Origin: Candidatus Bathyarchaeota archaeon
Lineage (GTDB): Archaea > Thermoproteota > Bathyarchaeia > Bathyarchaeales > Bathycorpusculaceae
DNA length: 64,000 nucleotides
NCBI GenBank assembly: GCA_963717465.1
Contig: OY970340.1
Location: forward strand, 544,001-608,000
Reading direction: 5' to 3'
The notes under the pieces were generated by a model. It made no database searches, was not told the origin of the DNA, and saw nothing but the letters and a program-made list of their open reading frames with translations. Position numbers and translations under genes: made by a program. Position 1 is the first letter of the stretch, and each line of letters starts with the position of its first letter. Shown in pieces: positions 42,517-53,920 of the stretch.

Positions 42517-43937
42517 CTTTTCTCGGGTTTATTACTATTGCTCTTGTTCGTTTGTACGATGATTACTTTGCGTGCATAGATTTTTGCGTCTTTAAGTATG
42601 ATCTTGAATCCACCAGCTGAAATTGGTAATGATGTGGCTGTTGCAACGGGCAACATGGTTCCTTCTGCTTCCTCTCTAACTATTGCTTCTTCAGCCTCTG
42701 CAACTGGAGCCTCTTCAGCAATCCATCTTGCCACAACGGGATGGTTCATCTCTTGGAGGAATTCTTTTAATGTTTCAACGTTTTGAGCGTTGTCTTCAGT
42801 AGCAATCTTGTCCACTACATCTTTGGGGATGAAGTCTTTAACTCTTTCTTTAACTTCCTTCGGTAGCCAAACTACCCTATGCCAGCCACCATCGGCAGCG
42901 AGAAACTTTTTTGAACGCATGTATTCGATGCTAATTCCATGGAAGCCATCTACTTGTCGCCCACCCGCTGTTGAGTCAGCCAATGTTGAGAATGGTAAGC
43001 CGCTTACTGTTACACCCTTAAAGCTTCGGTGGACTATGCCGAAGCCTTCGACTTCTGGAATGTAGAATGCTATTGCTTCAAAGCAGCCGCATGAAGTGTG
43101 CGGGTGATCGAATGCAGTGTACATCCAGACTTGTGAGACCTCGCCTAAGGTACGGCTTTTAACGGTTTCGTTTACGCCTGCAAATTCGCCTTTTTCAGAA
43201 TCTATTACTTCGCCACGTTCAATAGCGAATACGGGCCCTTTTGGATCAACGCTTGCTGAGGCTTTTCCGTCAAACCAGCTGATGGCGCCACAGTTAGAAT
43301 ATCGTTGGGGAGAAATAATGCATACGTGCGAGGGAGCAAACGATTGGCAAAGAGTGCACCCGTAGAATTTATCAACTTCTTCATCTTTAAGACCTCTGGC
43401 TTTAGCATCTCTGGAATCATATGATTCAATTGCGATGGTGTAGATTTCGGATACTTTGGCTGGGTCAGTGATAAAAGTTATTTGAAGTTTCTCAATTATG
43501 GGCAATTCACTCTTGAAGAGCCTAAGGAGAACCTTGCCGATTGGTTCGAAACTGTTTAAGCCTTTTTGGTATGATTTCTTTGCTAAGCGTAACCAAATGT
43601 CATAACGTTGGTTTAGGTGCATGAAGCCTTCAATGTAGTTTAGGTACTCGTGAATGCGCCTCTCTATTACGCCTTCTAAACTTTGGTCAAGAGTTGGACC
43701 TGCGGCTTCGATTATTAAGCCAAAAGGAAAGGCTCCACCTTCTTTTAGATCTTTAATGTCAGGGCCAACAATTGTGATTTTTCCATCGTCTACCTCGTTC
43801 ATGGGTTTTACTTTGGCGATTTCAAATTTTTCTTTGACAGCTGGACCACCGAGCTCTATTTGCATGTCGTTTTTGCGGATTCTTTCTCCTTCGTATATTA
43901 CGCCTACGTCGACAGGTATGTCTTTAAACATTGACAT
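42513..43937 (-). CDS. cdhC: ACDS complex beta subunit (acetyl-CoA synthase)
   Basis: YEGERIR, FYGCTLCQSFAP, NCGAI, HTSCGCFE. Confidence 0.96.
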   Translation of the reverse strand: MSMFKDIPVDVGVIYEGERIRKNDMQIELGGPAVKEKFEIAKVKPMNEVDDGKITIVGPDIKDLKEGGAFPFGLIIEAAGPTLDQSLEGVIERRIHEYLNYIEGFMHLNQRYDIWLRLAKKSYQKGLNSFEPIGKVLLRLFKSELPIIEKLQITFITDPAKVSEIYTIAIESYDSRDAKARGLKDEEVDKFYGCTLCQSFAPSHVCIISPQRYSNCGAISWFDGKASASVDPKGPVFAIERGEVIDSEKGEFAGVNETVKSRTLGEVSQVWMYTAFDHPHTSCGCFEAIAFYIPEVEGFGIVHRSFKGVTVSGLPFSTLADSTAGGRQVDGFHGISIEYMRSKKFLAADGGWHRVVWLPKEVKERVKDFIPKDVVDKIATEDNAQNVETLKEFLQEMNHPVVARWIAEEAPVAEAEEAIVREEAEGTMLPVATATSLPISAGGFKIILKDAKIYARKVIIVQTNKSNSNKPEKR

Positions 43938-43940
43938 TTC

Positions 43941-44489
43941 TTATACTTCTCCTTCTTTTTCAAATTTTGATGTCATGACTTTAAGATTTGAAGCCCACTC
44001 TTCCAGCGTCGCGTTTGGAAACGACCAACTTGCGTGAGGATGATAAAGATTATCAAGAGTCATTGTTCTAAGGCTTGGTGCAAAATGCTTTAACCCTGAC
44101 AGTATGAGCGCTTCCATGTAGTAGGGAAGCCCAACGTACATTACTAGGTCATAGTGGCCTTTGCCGTCAAGTCCCGTCCATGTTGGATCCACGAGCCTGT
44201 TGCTGATATCCATAGCAGACATGAAGCCTGCTGGTTCATATCCTCGTTTAAGGAATTCGCCGACCATGTGGGCAGTTGCTACAATTGGCACTTTTGATGC
44301 TTTTGCAAAGTCGATTATGTAATCGATTAATTGTTTTCCTTCCATGTAACGTTCAGTTGCATAGCTACCTACAATAAGGAGTGGACGAGCAGCTTTCTTA
44401 ACCAGCGCCACTGCAACATCGGGTTTCTGTATTGGTTGCGCCTTTTTTGTTGCAGCTATTTCTGCGCATTCCCAAGGTTCACACGACAT
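43941..44489 (-). CDS. cdhB: ACDS complex epsilon subunit
   Basis: ARPLLIVG, WTGLDGKGHYDL, HASWSFPN. Confidence 0.93.
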   Translation of the reverse strand: MSCEPWECAEIAATKKAQPIQKPDVAVALVKKAARPLLIVGSYATERYMEGKQLIDYIIDFAKASKVPIVATAHMVGEFLKRGYEPAGFMSAMDISNRLVDPTWTGLDGKGHYDLVMYVGLPYYMEALILSGLKHFAPSLRTMTLDNLYHPHASWSFPNATLEEWASNLKVMTSKFEKEGEV

Positions 44490-44495
44490 TCATCA

Positions 44496-46854
44496 TCACT
44501 CCTTTACTTTGCGTATCATTCTTGGAAGCAAAGTTGGGTCTGGAATAACGTTTTCCCTCCAGTTTTTGGCTTCCAATATCTTTATGATTTCATCTTTCAT
44601 GGTCATCGGTATATCTGCGGGAGTTCGAACAAAAAGATGAATGTCATTTGGCATGATTCCATAGTAACGCTTGTGTAAATCAATGTAATGTGAGAGCTTT
44701 ATTGAGCGTCCTTTCCAAGTGTCGTTTGGTCTGATGCAAAGTTTTGCGATTGTAACCATTGCTTCTTGTGGTGTTTCCACTGTTTGGAATAAGTGTTCAG
44801 GGGCAGGGCCAATGTTAACTTTATCGCCTGTGCGTGCATCAAAGACTTCCCAGTTTTCTGGTTTGTCTTCTCTGCCCAAGAGCATGCGACGGTATTTGCT
44901 TCCGTGTGGACCGACAAGCACTGGAATGCCTAAACGCCAAAAGCCTGCAGCGATTGCAACTGCTTTCTGTGAGTAAGCACCCCATGCTAAGCCGACTGCG
45001 CCTAAACGGTTATAGATGTAATCTGCTATTTCCTCATAGTTTCCCCTTAAGCTTCGTTTTGCAAATATGTTTGCTACTTTTATAGCGGCTCCTGCAATGT
45101 GAGAGTTTGCTACGCATGAACCAACGTTGAGGACTCCTCCAGCTTCAAACCCGCCTGGGAATTCTTCGTACAATGTTTTGCCATCCGAGTTCTTATATGA
45201 ACCAGCGGACATGGCTGAGCAACCTGAGGTTACTACGATGTAGCGTCTATTTGCGAATTCTCTGCATATATCATAAACGTCCTTTCCGCCATGTGGATAA
45301 TTGCTGCAGCCTACTACTGCAAGTATGCCGGGGATTTCGCCGAGCACGATTGGACTGCCAACGTTTCTGATTTCTATATCCTGAACTGCGCCTCTTCCAA
45401 CGCGGCAGAGGTTGTTCTCTTCAAGCATGAATTTTTCTCCAGCTTTAATTATGAAACTGTGGATGCTGAGTTTAATCTGGGCATGCTTCTTCACATCGTC
45501 CGCATCCTATGCAGTACTCGTATAATTCAGTGAGTTCAGCCATTGAACCTTCAGCAGCTGCCTTAAGTGCCTGGGGGATCTTGAGGTCTTGTGGACAGGA
45601 TCTGCGGCATTGGTTGCATTGTCTGCATGTTTTTGCAAGTGTTTTAATTTCTTCGATTTCTGGAAGATTATTCAGTTTCTTTCTTATCGGCGCAATCTTG
45701 ACGGGCTACTTTAACGGCGACTTCGCCGACTTTTTCAGGATCAAGAATCAGTACACCTGGAACTTTTCCGCTTACAAGGTCAGCGACAATTTCATCTGCT
45801 GGATCGTTCGTGCGGTTCTTGAAGCCCATGCAGTTCTTTTCTGATGCTGCGATTACTGGAGCATGGACTTTTGCGGCTTCGTCAGAAATGTCTGTTCTGA
45901 CGCATTGTTCGTCTAAAACGACTACGTCTGCGAATCCAGCGCGGATAAATCGTAGTTGCCAACTGAATTGGGCCGACGATTCTGCCTCGATTATAGTATC
46001 TGGTGATGTCGTGTGCAGTGCAGCATAAACCTACTACTTCGATTTGATCATTGACTTTGGTGTCTTTTGCGTAATCGATAATTCCGACTGAGGGAACTAC
46101 GTTGTGTCCAATGCACATGATCACCGGTTTTGAAGTATCCACAGAGCCTATCCCTAGTGAGACAAGTGGGAGCTTCTGGATCAGCTTTAGGCATTCCCAA
46201 AACTGAAACTTGAGCGATGTCGCCAACTTCCATTCCAAGATGATCTATCATTCCAACATGGAAGGCTTTTGATTCAAAGTCTAAGTTGTTGCTTTCCTGT
46301 CCGGTATGTGCAACTGCGAGTGTTTGAGTAATTTGTTCTTCAGCATAATCTAGAACTTCAACTAAGTCTCCTAAAGTTTCAGGCTTTATACCCGTGACCA
46401 AACGGGTTATTGGAGCTTCCACCTTAATGTTCAATCCGCCAATGTCAAGCGGGGTTCTGCTACCATATTTTTCAATCAAATGATTAACCATGTGACGTGA
46501 ATGAGCCGTGTGAGTTGCTGCACCAATGCAACAAGCTAAGAGTACAATTCTGGATGATTGAGCACCAATGTCCAAGCCGCATGCTCCACGCTTTCCAGCT
46601 GTTAAATCACATTTTCCAAAAGTGCACAAACAGCAAAGATCACAATCAGGCATGTAGAAGGGTTTATACCTGTTTAAGAGTTTCAGATCCCAGTCCCTCA
46701 ATGTTGTAAGGGAGGGCTTCGGGGTTGGCCCCATGGGCTCAGCCCAGTTATCTGTGACAAGTTTGCCTATTGAAACTTCAAGGTTCTTGATGAGACCTGT
46801 GCCACTTATCATCTCGTCTATCTTCAAGTTTACTTTTTTGCTAGATAAGGTCAA
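44496..46854 (-). CDS. cdhA: ACDS complex alpha subunit (CO dehydrogenase; several frameshifts)
   Basis: [30 protein letters not shown], extra ferredoxin-type CxxCxxC motifs near 45500-45630, [20 protein letters not shown]. Confidence 0.93.
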
Positions 46855-47306
46855 AACCTCCGTAAAGGTTTAAATGGAAGGTAACATTGCAACATTTTAA
46901 ACCTTTCCTGAAGAATCAAGGGGTTTATTGATTAAACTTGAGCAGCTGTTGCATGAAACACTTGAAACTAAAACTGTCAATGCCGTGACAATTTCAAAGC
47001 AAAAACTCTTATTTTTCAGCAGCAAACCCCATTTTCGTTATGTCCGCTCATCCATAACGGCTTTCTTTAAAAACATTTTGACTAGAATGAAAATAAAGAA
47101 ATGCTCTAACCCAAAGAAACAAGCAAAAGGTGAAAAAAACAGTGGATGTAAGCGGTGTCGACTAAAGCACTCTAAAAAGCTCAATTTCCCGCGTAATATC
47201 TATCTTCTTTACTAACATTTGCAATAACACCTGCCTTTCAATTTTCCATTTTTGACATACAAAGTTTAATTTGTCTCAATGATTGTAAAGGATATAGGGA
47301 ATTGGA

Positions 47307-50150
47307 ATGGCTACTTTAAATCTGGAAAAACTTTTCAACCCCAAAAGTGTCGCAATAATCGGCGCTAGCGATGTTGAAGGCTCAGTTGGGAACGCCATAG
47401 TCAAGAACTTGACTCAAAGAGGCTATGCTGGGAAAGTGTATTTTGTTAATAACCGCAAGCCAGAAATTCTCGGCGTAAAAACATACGCTAAAGTTTCTCA
47501 GATTGGTCAGCCGATAGATTTAGCGATTATTGCCACGCCGGCTAAAACCGTGCCTGAAGTCATGGTGGATTGCGGCTTAGCAAAAGTTAAAGGAGCCATC
47601 GTTGTTTCCGCTGGTTTTAGAGAAACTGGAGCAGAAGGAAGAGCTCTTGAAGCTGAAATTCTAAAAATAACAAAAAAATATGAAATACGTTTAATTGGCC
47701 CCAACTGTATCGGCATTATTCGTCCAAGAAATAACTTGAACGCGACGTTCATCGATAAAATGCCTAAAGCTGGCAATGTAGCTTTTATCACTCAGAGTGG
47801 CGCTTTAGGGCAAGCCATTTTAGACTGGGCTATTCATCAAAATATTGGGTTTAGCAATTTTGCTTCTGTTGGTTCCATGACTGATGTTGATTATGGAGAC
47901 TTGATTGATTATTTTGGGACTGATCCACACACCAAAAGCATACTTATGTACGTGGAGACGATAACTGAAGCGCGCAAATTTATGAGCGCTGCGAGGCACT
48001 TTTCAAGAACCAAACCTATCATTGTTTTGAAATCAGGTAAGTTTAAAGAAAGCGCCATCGCTGCAGCCTCGCACACTGGTTCACTTTCAAGCGAAGACGA
48101 AATCTATGATGCAGCTTTTAAACGGGCAGGTGTCGTACGTGTAGAAGAAATCGCTGACTTGTTTAATGCCGCTGAAGTTCTAAGCAGTCAACCTTTACCA
48201 AAAGGTCCACGATTGGCAATAATCACGAATGCCGGTGGCTCAGGAGTAATGGCCGTTGACGCATTAATCAAGCAAGGAGGCAAATTGGCTACTTTAAGCC
48301 AAAAAACCTTAGACGTACTAAGCAGCGTGCTGCCATCTTATTGGAACAAAAACAATCCAATTGATCTTATGCAGGATGCAAAAGCTGAACGCTACCGCAC
48401 TGCACTAGAAGCCTGCTTGAACGACCCTAACATTGATGGCATTTTGATTATTTTTTCACAGCAAGCTACCCCAGCAGTTGTAGAAATCGCAAATGAAATA
48501 GTAGAAGTCGTGAAGAGTAAAGTTTACCAGAACAAGACAATTTTAACTTGTTTCATGGGATATGGTCAAGTTCAGCAGGCAAACGATATTCTAAAAGCCA
48601 GCAACATTCCCATTTATCCAACGCCTGAACAAGCCATCAGAACCTATATGTCTATGCATCATTATCAGCGAAACGTTGAATTGATGTATGAGACTCCTGA
48701 AGAGTTACCAGTCGATTCAGCACCTCCAAAACGACCAATCATGGTTATTCTGCAAAACGCAGCATTATCGGGCAGACAATTTTTAACTGAGGAGGAAGCA
48801 AAAAAAGTTCTCAAATACTATACTTTTCCAGTTGTTAAAACAGAAAACGCTAGAACTGAAGAGGAGGCCGTTGCTCAGGCTTCACGCATCGGATACCCAG
48901 TTGTGTTAAAAATCAACTCTCCCGAGATTACGCATAAAACTGAAGCGGGAGGGGTAATTCTAAACTTACACGATGAAAATCAAGTTCGTGTAGCATTTGC
49001 TTCTCTCATAAAGCATGCTTTAAACTTCAAACCTAATGCTCAAATTTTAGGCGTCACCGTACAATCCATGGTTTCAGAAAAAGGCTATGAAATCATGGTT
49101 GGCGGTAAAAACGACCCAGTTTTTGGTCCAATTATACTGTTTGGCACAGGCGGCATCGGTGTAGAATTATTCAAAGACTATGCAATTGGATTATCGCCCC
49201 TAAACACAACACTTATTTTAAGGATGATGGAGGAAACCAAAGTTTACCAGTTGCTTAAGGGTTACCGAAACGCGCCTCCAGCAGACGTTAAGCGGCTTGA
49301 AGAAATTATGTCACTATTGTCTCAACTTATGATTGATTTTCCACAAATCAAAGAGATTGACATCAACCCGATTTTGGTTAATGAGAATATGGCTACGATT
49401 CTTGATGCGCGTATAATGGTTGATAAAGAGTGGGTTTGTAGACGGTTTGATCCTCATGAGCACTTGGTTATTAGTCCTTATCCCAAGAAGTACCAGATAA
49501 CTTGGCGTCTAAAGAATGGACAAGAAATCATGCTTAGACCGATTAAACCAGAAGACGAGCCGCTCTGGGTTGAAATGTACCGCAGTTTCTCCGAAGAATC
49601 TATTCGCTACAGGTTTTTCCAGATGCAAAAAGATGCCCCCCATGCTGAACGAGTACGCTACTGCAACATTGACTATGATCGAGAAATAGCCATCGTGGCT
49701 GAAACGTTTGAAGCAGGTAAGAAAATGTTAGGTGTAGCTCGTTTAAGCATTGAAGCAGGCGGTAAAACTGGCGAATTAGCATTTATCGTCAGTGATAAAT
49801 GGCAGGGTTTAGGTTTAGGAACAAAGCTGGTCGATTACGTGCTGGAAATTGCAAAGGAAATGGGCGTTGAAACAGTATACGCCATAATGTTAGTCGACAA
49901 CTATCGTGCGTTAAATTTAACCCAAAAAATGGGATTCAAAAATGAGTACCAAAATGACGGCACCGTTAAAGGAATCTTAGATTTGACTACCGAAATCGAT
50001 TACAGATGCTTCGACACTGAGACTAATCAAAATAAGGCAACTAATGAAAATCGTATACAAAACCAGGAAAACAATGTTGCGCCATCTGAAGCTAAATCAA
50101 TTGCAACTTATGTGCCAAGCGCTGAAAAGAAACTTGTTAAGCTTAGTTAA
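47307..50150 (+). CDS. NDP-forming acyl-CoA synthetase (ACD alpha/beta)-GNAT fusion, Pat/Pka-type lysine acetyltransferase
   Basis: AIIGAS, GPNCIG, QSGA, ASHTG, TNAGG, ATP-grasp HKTEAGGV / DINP, then GNAT LRPIKPED...YRFF...IDYDRE...WQGLGLG. Confidence 0.9.
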   Translation: MATLNLEKLFNPKSVAIIGASDVEGSVGNAIVKNLTQRGYAGKVYFVNNRKPEILGVKTYAKVSQIGQPIDLAIIATPAKTVPEVMVDCGLAKVKGAIVVSAGFRETGAEGRALEAEILKITKKYEIRLIGPNCIGIIRPRNNLNATFIDKMPKAGNVAFITQSGALGQAILDWAIHQNIGFSNFASVGSMTDVDYGDLIDYFGTDPHTKSILMYVETITEARKFMSAARHFSRTKPIIVLKSGKFKESAIAAASHTGSLSSEDEIYDAAFKRAGVVRVEEIADLFNAAEVLSSQPLPKGPRLAIITNAGGSGVMAVDALIKQGGKLATLSQKTLDVLSSVLPSYWNKNNPIDLMQDAKAERYRTALEACLNDPNIDGILIIFSQQATPAVVEIANEIVEVVKSKVYQNKTILTCFMGYGQVQQANDILKASNIPIYPTPEQAIRTYMSMHHYQRNVELMYETPEELPVDSAPPKRPIMVILQNAALSGRQFLTEEEAKKVLKYYTFPVVKTENARTEEEAVAQASRIGYPVVLKINSPEITHKTEAGGVILNLHDENQVRVAFASLIKHALNFKPNAQILGVTVQSMVSEKGYEIMVGGKNDPVFGPIILFGTGGIGVELFKDYAIGLSPLNTTLILRMMEETKVYQLLKGYRNAPPADVKRLEEIMSLLSQLMIDFPQIKEIDINPILVNENMATILDARIMVDKEWVCRRFDPHEHLVISPYPKKYQITWRLKNGQEIMLRPIKPEDEPLWVEMYRSFSEESIRYRFFQMQKDAPHAERVRYCNIDYDREIAIVAETFEAGKKMLGVARLSIEAGGKTGELAFIVSDKWQGLGLGTKLVDYVLEIAKEMGVETVYAIMLVDNYRALNLTQKMGFKNEYQNDGTVKGILDLTTEIDYRCFDTETNQNKATNENRIQNQENNVAPSEAKSIATYVPSAEKKLVKLS

Positions 50151-50377
50151 CAGGCATTACCTAATCTGAGCATAATCAAACCAAAAATCTAGATTATAAC
50201 TCGGCTGGAGACAGTATTTACTAAACAAAATGGTAGTTTGCTTGGAAAGCACGCACCTTTAGTCTTCTTAAGTGAATTTAGGGTCATTAAATTGTCTATT
50301 CAACGGAATAAATTAACATTTCTTTAAAAATTTATAAATCGAAAAGTGCAATAATAGCAACTAATTGGTGTAAAAAA

Positions 50378-50965
50378 ATGAGTAATGAGAATTTAAGTAA
50401 GCTTGCGAATCCTGCACCGTTAGGACTTATCGCCTTCGGCATTACTACTGTTCTGCTGAATTTGGCTAATGCGGGTCTCTTTAACGTTGATAGTGTGATT
50501 TTAGCTATGGGCATTGCTTATGGAGGATTAGCACAGGTTCTTGTTGGAATCATGGAATACAGGAGGGGTAATACTTTTGGCACTGTAGCGTTCACGTCTT
50601 ACGGCTTGTTTTGGTGGAGCCTTGTGATGATTCTAGTGTTACCTAATTTATCGTTCACAAGCGGTGCATTTGGCAGTCCAACTTCCTCTTCACTGGCAGC
50701 GTACTTTTTGATGTGGGGAATTTTTACCTTCGCAATGTTTTTCGGTACATTGAAAGTTAATCGAGCTTTGCAATTAGTATTCGGGAGTTTAGCGGTACTA
50801 TTCTTCATGCTGACGATAGGAGCGTTAATCAGCAACACGACATTTACCATGATCACAGGCATAGAAGGCGTCGTGTGCGGCCTTAGCGCAGTATACCTCG
50901 CAATTGCAGAAATTTTAAACGAAGCATACCACAAAAATGTGTTACCCATAGGGGTAACGAGCTAA
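50378..50965 (+). CDS. satP: Acetate transporter, SatP/YaaH/GPR1-FUN34 family
   Basis: [26 protein letters not shown]; about six TM segments. Confidence 0.92.
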   Translation: MSNENLSKLANPAPLGLIAFGITTVLLNLANAGLFNVDSVILAMGIAYGGLAQVLVGIMEYRRGNTFGTVAFTSYGLFWWSLVMILVLPNLSFTSGAFGSPTSSSLAAYFLMWGIFTFAMFFGTLKVNRALQLVFGSLAVLFFMLTIGALISNTTFTMITGIEGVVCGLSAVYLAIAEILNEAYHKNVLPIGVTS

Positions 50966-51029
50966 TACACCCTTTCTTTCCCTATTTTTAGGAAAGATTT
51001 TTATTATAAAGTGGTGGAAACAAGCTTAG

Positions 51030-53006
51030 TTGATTATAATGTCTGAAACAAGCCTTCCTTTCGATGAAAAATATTCTCCAAATGGTGCAGAAATCTCGTC
51101 TATAGAGAAAAGAAAGCAAGAATGTGAAAAGTCAATAAGAAACCAACAAGAATACTGGCTGGAAAAAGCTAAAGCTATCGATTGGTTTAAACCGTTTGGC
51201 AAAGTCTTAGACGATTCAAATCAACCGTTTTATAAGTGGTTCGTTGATGGAAAACTGAATGCTTCCTATAACGCCTTGGACAGGCATATAAAGAGCCATC
51301 GAAAAAACAAGATTGCGTATTATTGGGAAGGCGAAATGGGAGAAACAAGAACTTATACTTACTATCAGCTCTACAGAGAAGTAAACAAGCTTGCAAAAGT
51401 GCTTAAAGACTTCGGCGTCAAAAAAGGCGACCGAATCGCAGTATTCCTACCTGTTATTCCAGAATTGCCCATTACTCTGCTTGCAACAGCAAGGTTAGGC
51501 GCAGTTCATACAGTTGTCTTTTCAGGGTTCAGTGCGGAAGCGTTAGCTGACAGAGTAAACGATTGCCAAGCAAAAATCCTAGTAACATCAGATGGATCAT
51601 TTCGAAGAGGAAAAGCGGTTGCCATTAAAGATAATGCAGATAAAGGTTTACCGAACATGCCTTCTATCGAGAAAGTTATTGTGGTTAAACGAACCGGGCA
51701 AGCGGTTCAAATGAAGGAAGGCCGAGACGTTTGGTATCATGAAGTTTTGGCTGCAACTAAACCGAACACGTATGTGGAGCCTGAAGTTGTGGATTCTGCT
51801 GACCCGTTATTTGTCCTTTACACTTCAGGGACTACAGGCAAGCCGAAAGGAGTCCAGCATGCCACAGGCGGGTACCTTGTTTGGGCTTATTGGACGCTTA
51901 AGTGGGCCTTCGACCCAAGAGAAGATGATATTTTCTGGTGTGTAGCCGACATAGGCTGGATTACAGGTCACACCTACAACGTCTATGCGCCCTTAAGCAT
52001 GGGAATTACATCTCTTCTTTTTGAGGGTACACCTGATTACCCTGCACAGGACCGATGGTGGGACATTATTGAAAGAAATGGCGTAAACATTCTTTATGCA
52101 ACGCCGACTGCTATTAGAATGTTCATGAAGTTCGGTGAAGAATGGCCGCAAAAACATGATCTCAGCACTCTGCGCATCTTAGGAACTGTGGGTGAGCCCA
52201 TAAATCCTGAAGCATGGAAATGGTACTATCGTGTAATTGGCAAAGAAAAACTGGCGATAATCGATACGTGGTGGCAGACAGAAACAGGTGGATTCATGAT
52301 TTCTCCAGCCTCAGGAATAGCACTAACCCCCTTAAAGCCTGGATCAGCTACATTGCCAATGCCGGCAGTTAACGCTGATATCTTTGACGAAAAAGGACAG
52401 CCAGTTCAAGCAGGCACTAAAGGTTTCCTTGTGATAAAATCGCCTTGGCCAGGAATGCTGCAGACTCTTTGGAAGGATCCTGAACGCTTTAAGCAGACGT
52501 ACTTTGGCAAGTGGCAAGGAATATACTACACTGGCGATTACGCAATCCGAGACCCTGAGGGCTACTTCTGGCTTTTAGGCAGAGCAGATGAAGTGCTCAA
52601 AGTTGCAGGTCACCGCATAGGCACAGTCGAGCTTGAAAGCGCGTTGGTTTCGCACCCTGCGGTATCAGAAGCAGCAGTAATGGGAAAAGAAGACGCATTG
52701 AAAGGTGAAGTCCCTGTAGCATTCGTAACATTGCGAAGCGGTTTCACGCCATCGGACGAACTAGAAGCCGAACTGATAAAGCATATTAGAAACACCATAG
52801 GCCCAATCGCCACTCCAGACGCAGTTATCATAGTTAACAAACTGCCAAAAACACGAAGCGGCAAAATAATGCGAAGACTACTCAAAGCTGTTCTGGTTGA
52901 AACTCCACTTGGCGACATGTCAACGCTTGAAGATGAAGGCTCAATAGAAGACATAAGAGCCACATACCACGATATTCGAAATCGAATAATTAACAATAAA
53001 AAATAA
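51030..53006 (+). CDS. acs: AMP-forming acetyl-CoA synthetase
   Basis: YTSGTTGKPKG, DIGWITGH, DTWWQTETG, GRADEV, LPKTRSGKIMRR. Confidence 0.96.
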   Translation: MIIMSETSLPFDEKYSPNGAEISSIEKRKQECEKSIRNQQEYWLEKAKAIDWFKPFGKVLDDSNQPFYKWFVDGKLNASYNALDRHIKSHRKNKIAYYWEGEMGETRTYTYYQLYREVNKLAKVLKDFGVKKGDRIAVFLPVIPELPITLLATARLGAVHTVVFSGFSAEALADRVNDCQAKILVTSDGSFRRGKAVAIKDNADKGLPNMPSIEKVIVVKRTGQAVQMKEGRDVWYHEVLAATKPNTYVEPEVVDSADPLFVLYTSGTTGKPKGVQHATGGYLVWAYWTLKWAFDPREDDIFWCVADIGWITGHTYNVYAPLSMGITSLLFEGTPDYPAQDRWWDIIERNGVNILYATPTAIRMFMKFGEEWPQKHDLSTLRILGTVGEPINPEAWKWYYRVIGKEKLAIIDTWWQTETGGFMISPASGIALTPLKPGSATLPMPAVNADIFDEKGQPVQAGTKGFLVIKSPWPGMLQTLWKDPERFKQTYFGKWQGIYYTGDYAIRDPEGYFWLLGRADEVLKVAGHRIGTVELESALVSHPAVSEAAVMGKEDALKGEVPVAFVTLRSGFTPSDELEAELIKHIRNTIGPIATPDAVIIVNKLPKTRSGKIMRRLLKAVLVETPLGDMSTLEDEGSIEDIRATYHDIRNRIINNKK

Positions 53007-53134
53007 AATCTTCTATTTTTTTATCTGAAAAAGAATCAAAAATTATTTAATCCCTCAAGTTTTTGGCACGGTTGAAGCCAGCTTTAAATCAAAAGTCACT
53101 TTCAGCACCAGCAGCCACGTAATAGAAATACTTG

Positions 53135-53899
53135 CTATATGTAGCCTGCTGTCTTCATTATCGCTTTAACGGAAAGATAGGCAGGATTATCAGATGGCAG
53201 ATCAAGCAGTGATTTACCGTTAAGAACATAATCATCCAATTGCTCATCGGCGAATATTTTGCCAAGATACTTGAATTTTAATTGTTCCTCAGCTTGTTTT
53301 CCCAGTTTGGCTGGAAAACGGTAACCGCCTAAAAGATAGAAATTTTCAAATTGGATGTCAACTTCTTTAGCTATTCGGTAAGCTCGTTTTACATGATCAA
53401 ACGACTTTTTGGAGTTGTCAAGAATGTCAAAAATATCATCTACTTTTGACGTTATTCTGCGGTTTAAATGCTCAAGCCCCGCTGGAGAATCAATCAAAAC
53501 GTAATTGTAATTCTTAGTTAATGATCCTAATGCGCCCTTCAAAGCTGAGTTTGGCATGCAGTAGCAGCCTTCAACCCATTTAGTGCCAACAGCGAGAAAG
53601 TCAAAGTTATTGCTTTCGTACAAGCCATTTTCCCAAATTCGGCTTTCAATACGCTCAGTTGGCGGAATTCCAACGGTTGTGCCTCCCTTCTCGATGAACG
53701 TGCTAACAAGCAATTCAGCAATCGTGGATTTCCCAGCTTCTTTAAGGTCTATTCCAAGCATTTCAGCAAGGTTCTGGTCAGGATCAGCATCCACCAATAG
53801 CAACGGCGCCTGTTTAGCTTCGATAAAGCATTTCGTCATAAGGGCAGTATAACTGGATTTTCCCGTTCCACCGCGACCGACCGTGACAAGAGTTTTCAT
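53135..53899 (-). CDS. cooC: CooC/AcsF-type nickel-insertion ATPase
   Basis: GRGGTGKS, VDADPD, GCYC, DSPAGLEHLNR. Confidence 0.88.
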   Translation of the reverse strand: MKTLVTVGRGGTGKSSYTALMTKCFIEAKQAPLLLVDADPDQNLAEMLGIDLKEAGKSTIAELLVSTFIEKGGTTVGIPPTERIESRIWENGLYESNNFDFLAVGTKWVEGCYCMPNSALKGALGSLTKNYNYVLIDSPAGLEHLNRRITSKVDDIFDILDNSKKSFDHVKRAYRIAKEVDIQFENFYLLGGYRFPAKLGKQAEEQLKFKYLGKIFADEQLDDYVLNGKSLLDLPSDNPAYLSVKAIMKTAGYI

Positions 53900-53920
53900 G
53901 TTTAATAATCCTCAAAAATG

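Noticed and set aside
46928..47215. 95-aa ORF between cdhA and the ACD-GNAT gene
   Set aside because: No motif, Lys/Phe-biased composition, and it lies in a divergent promoter region; probably spurious.
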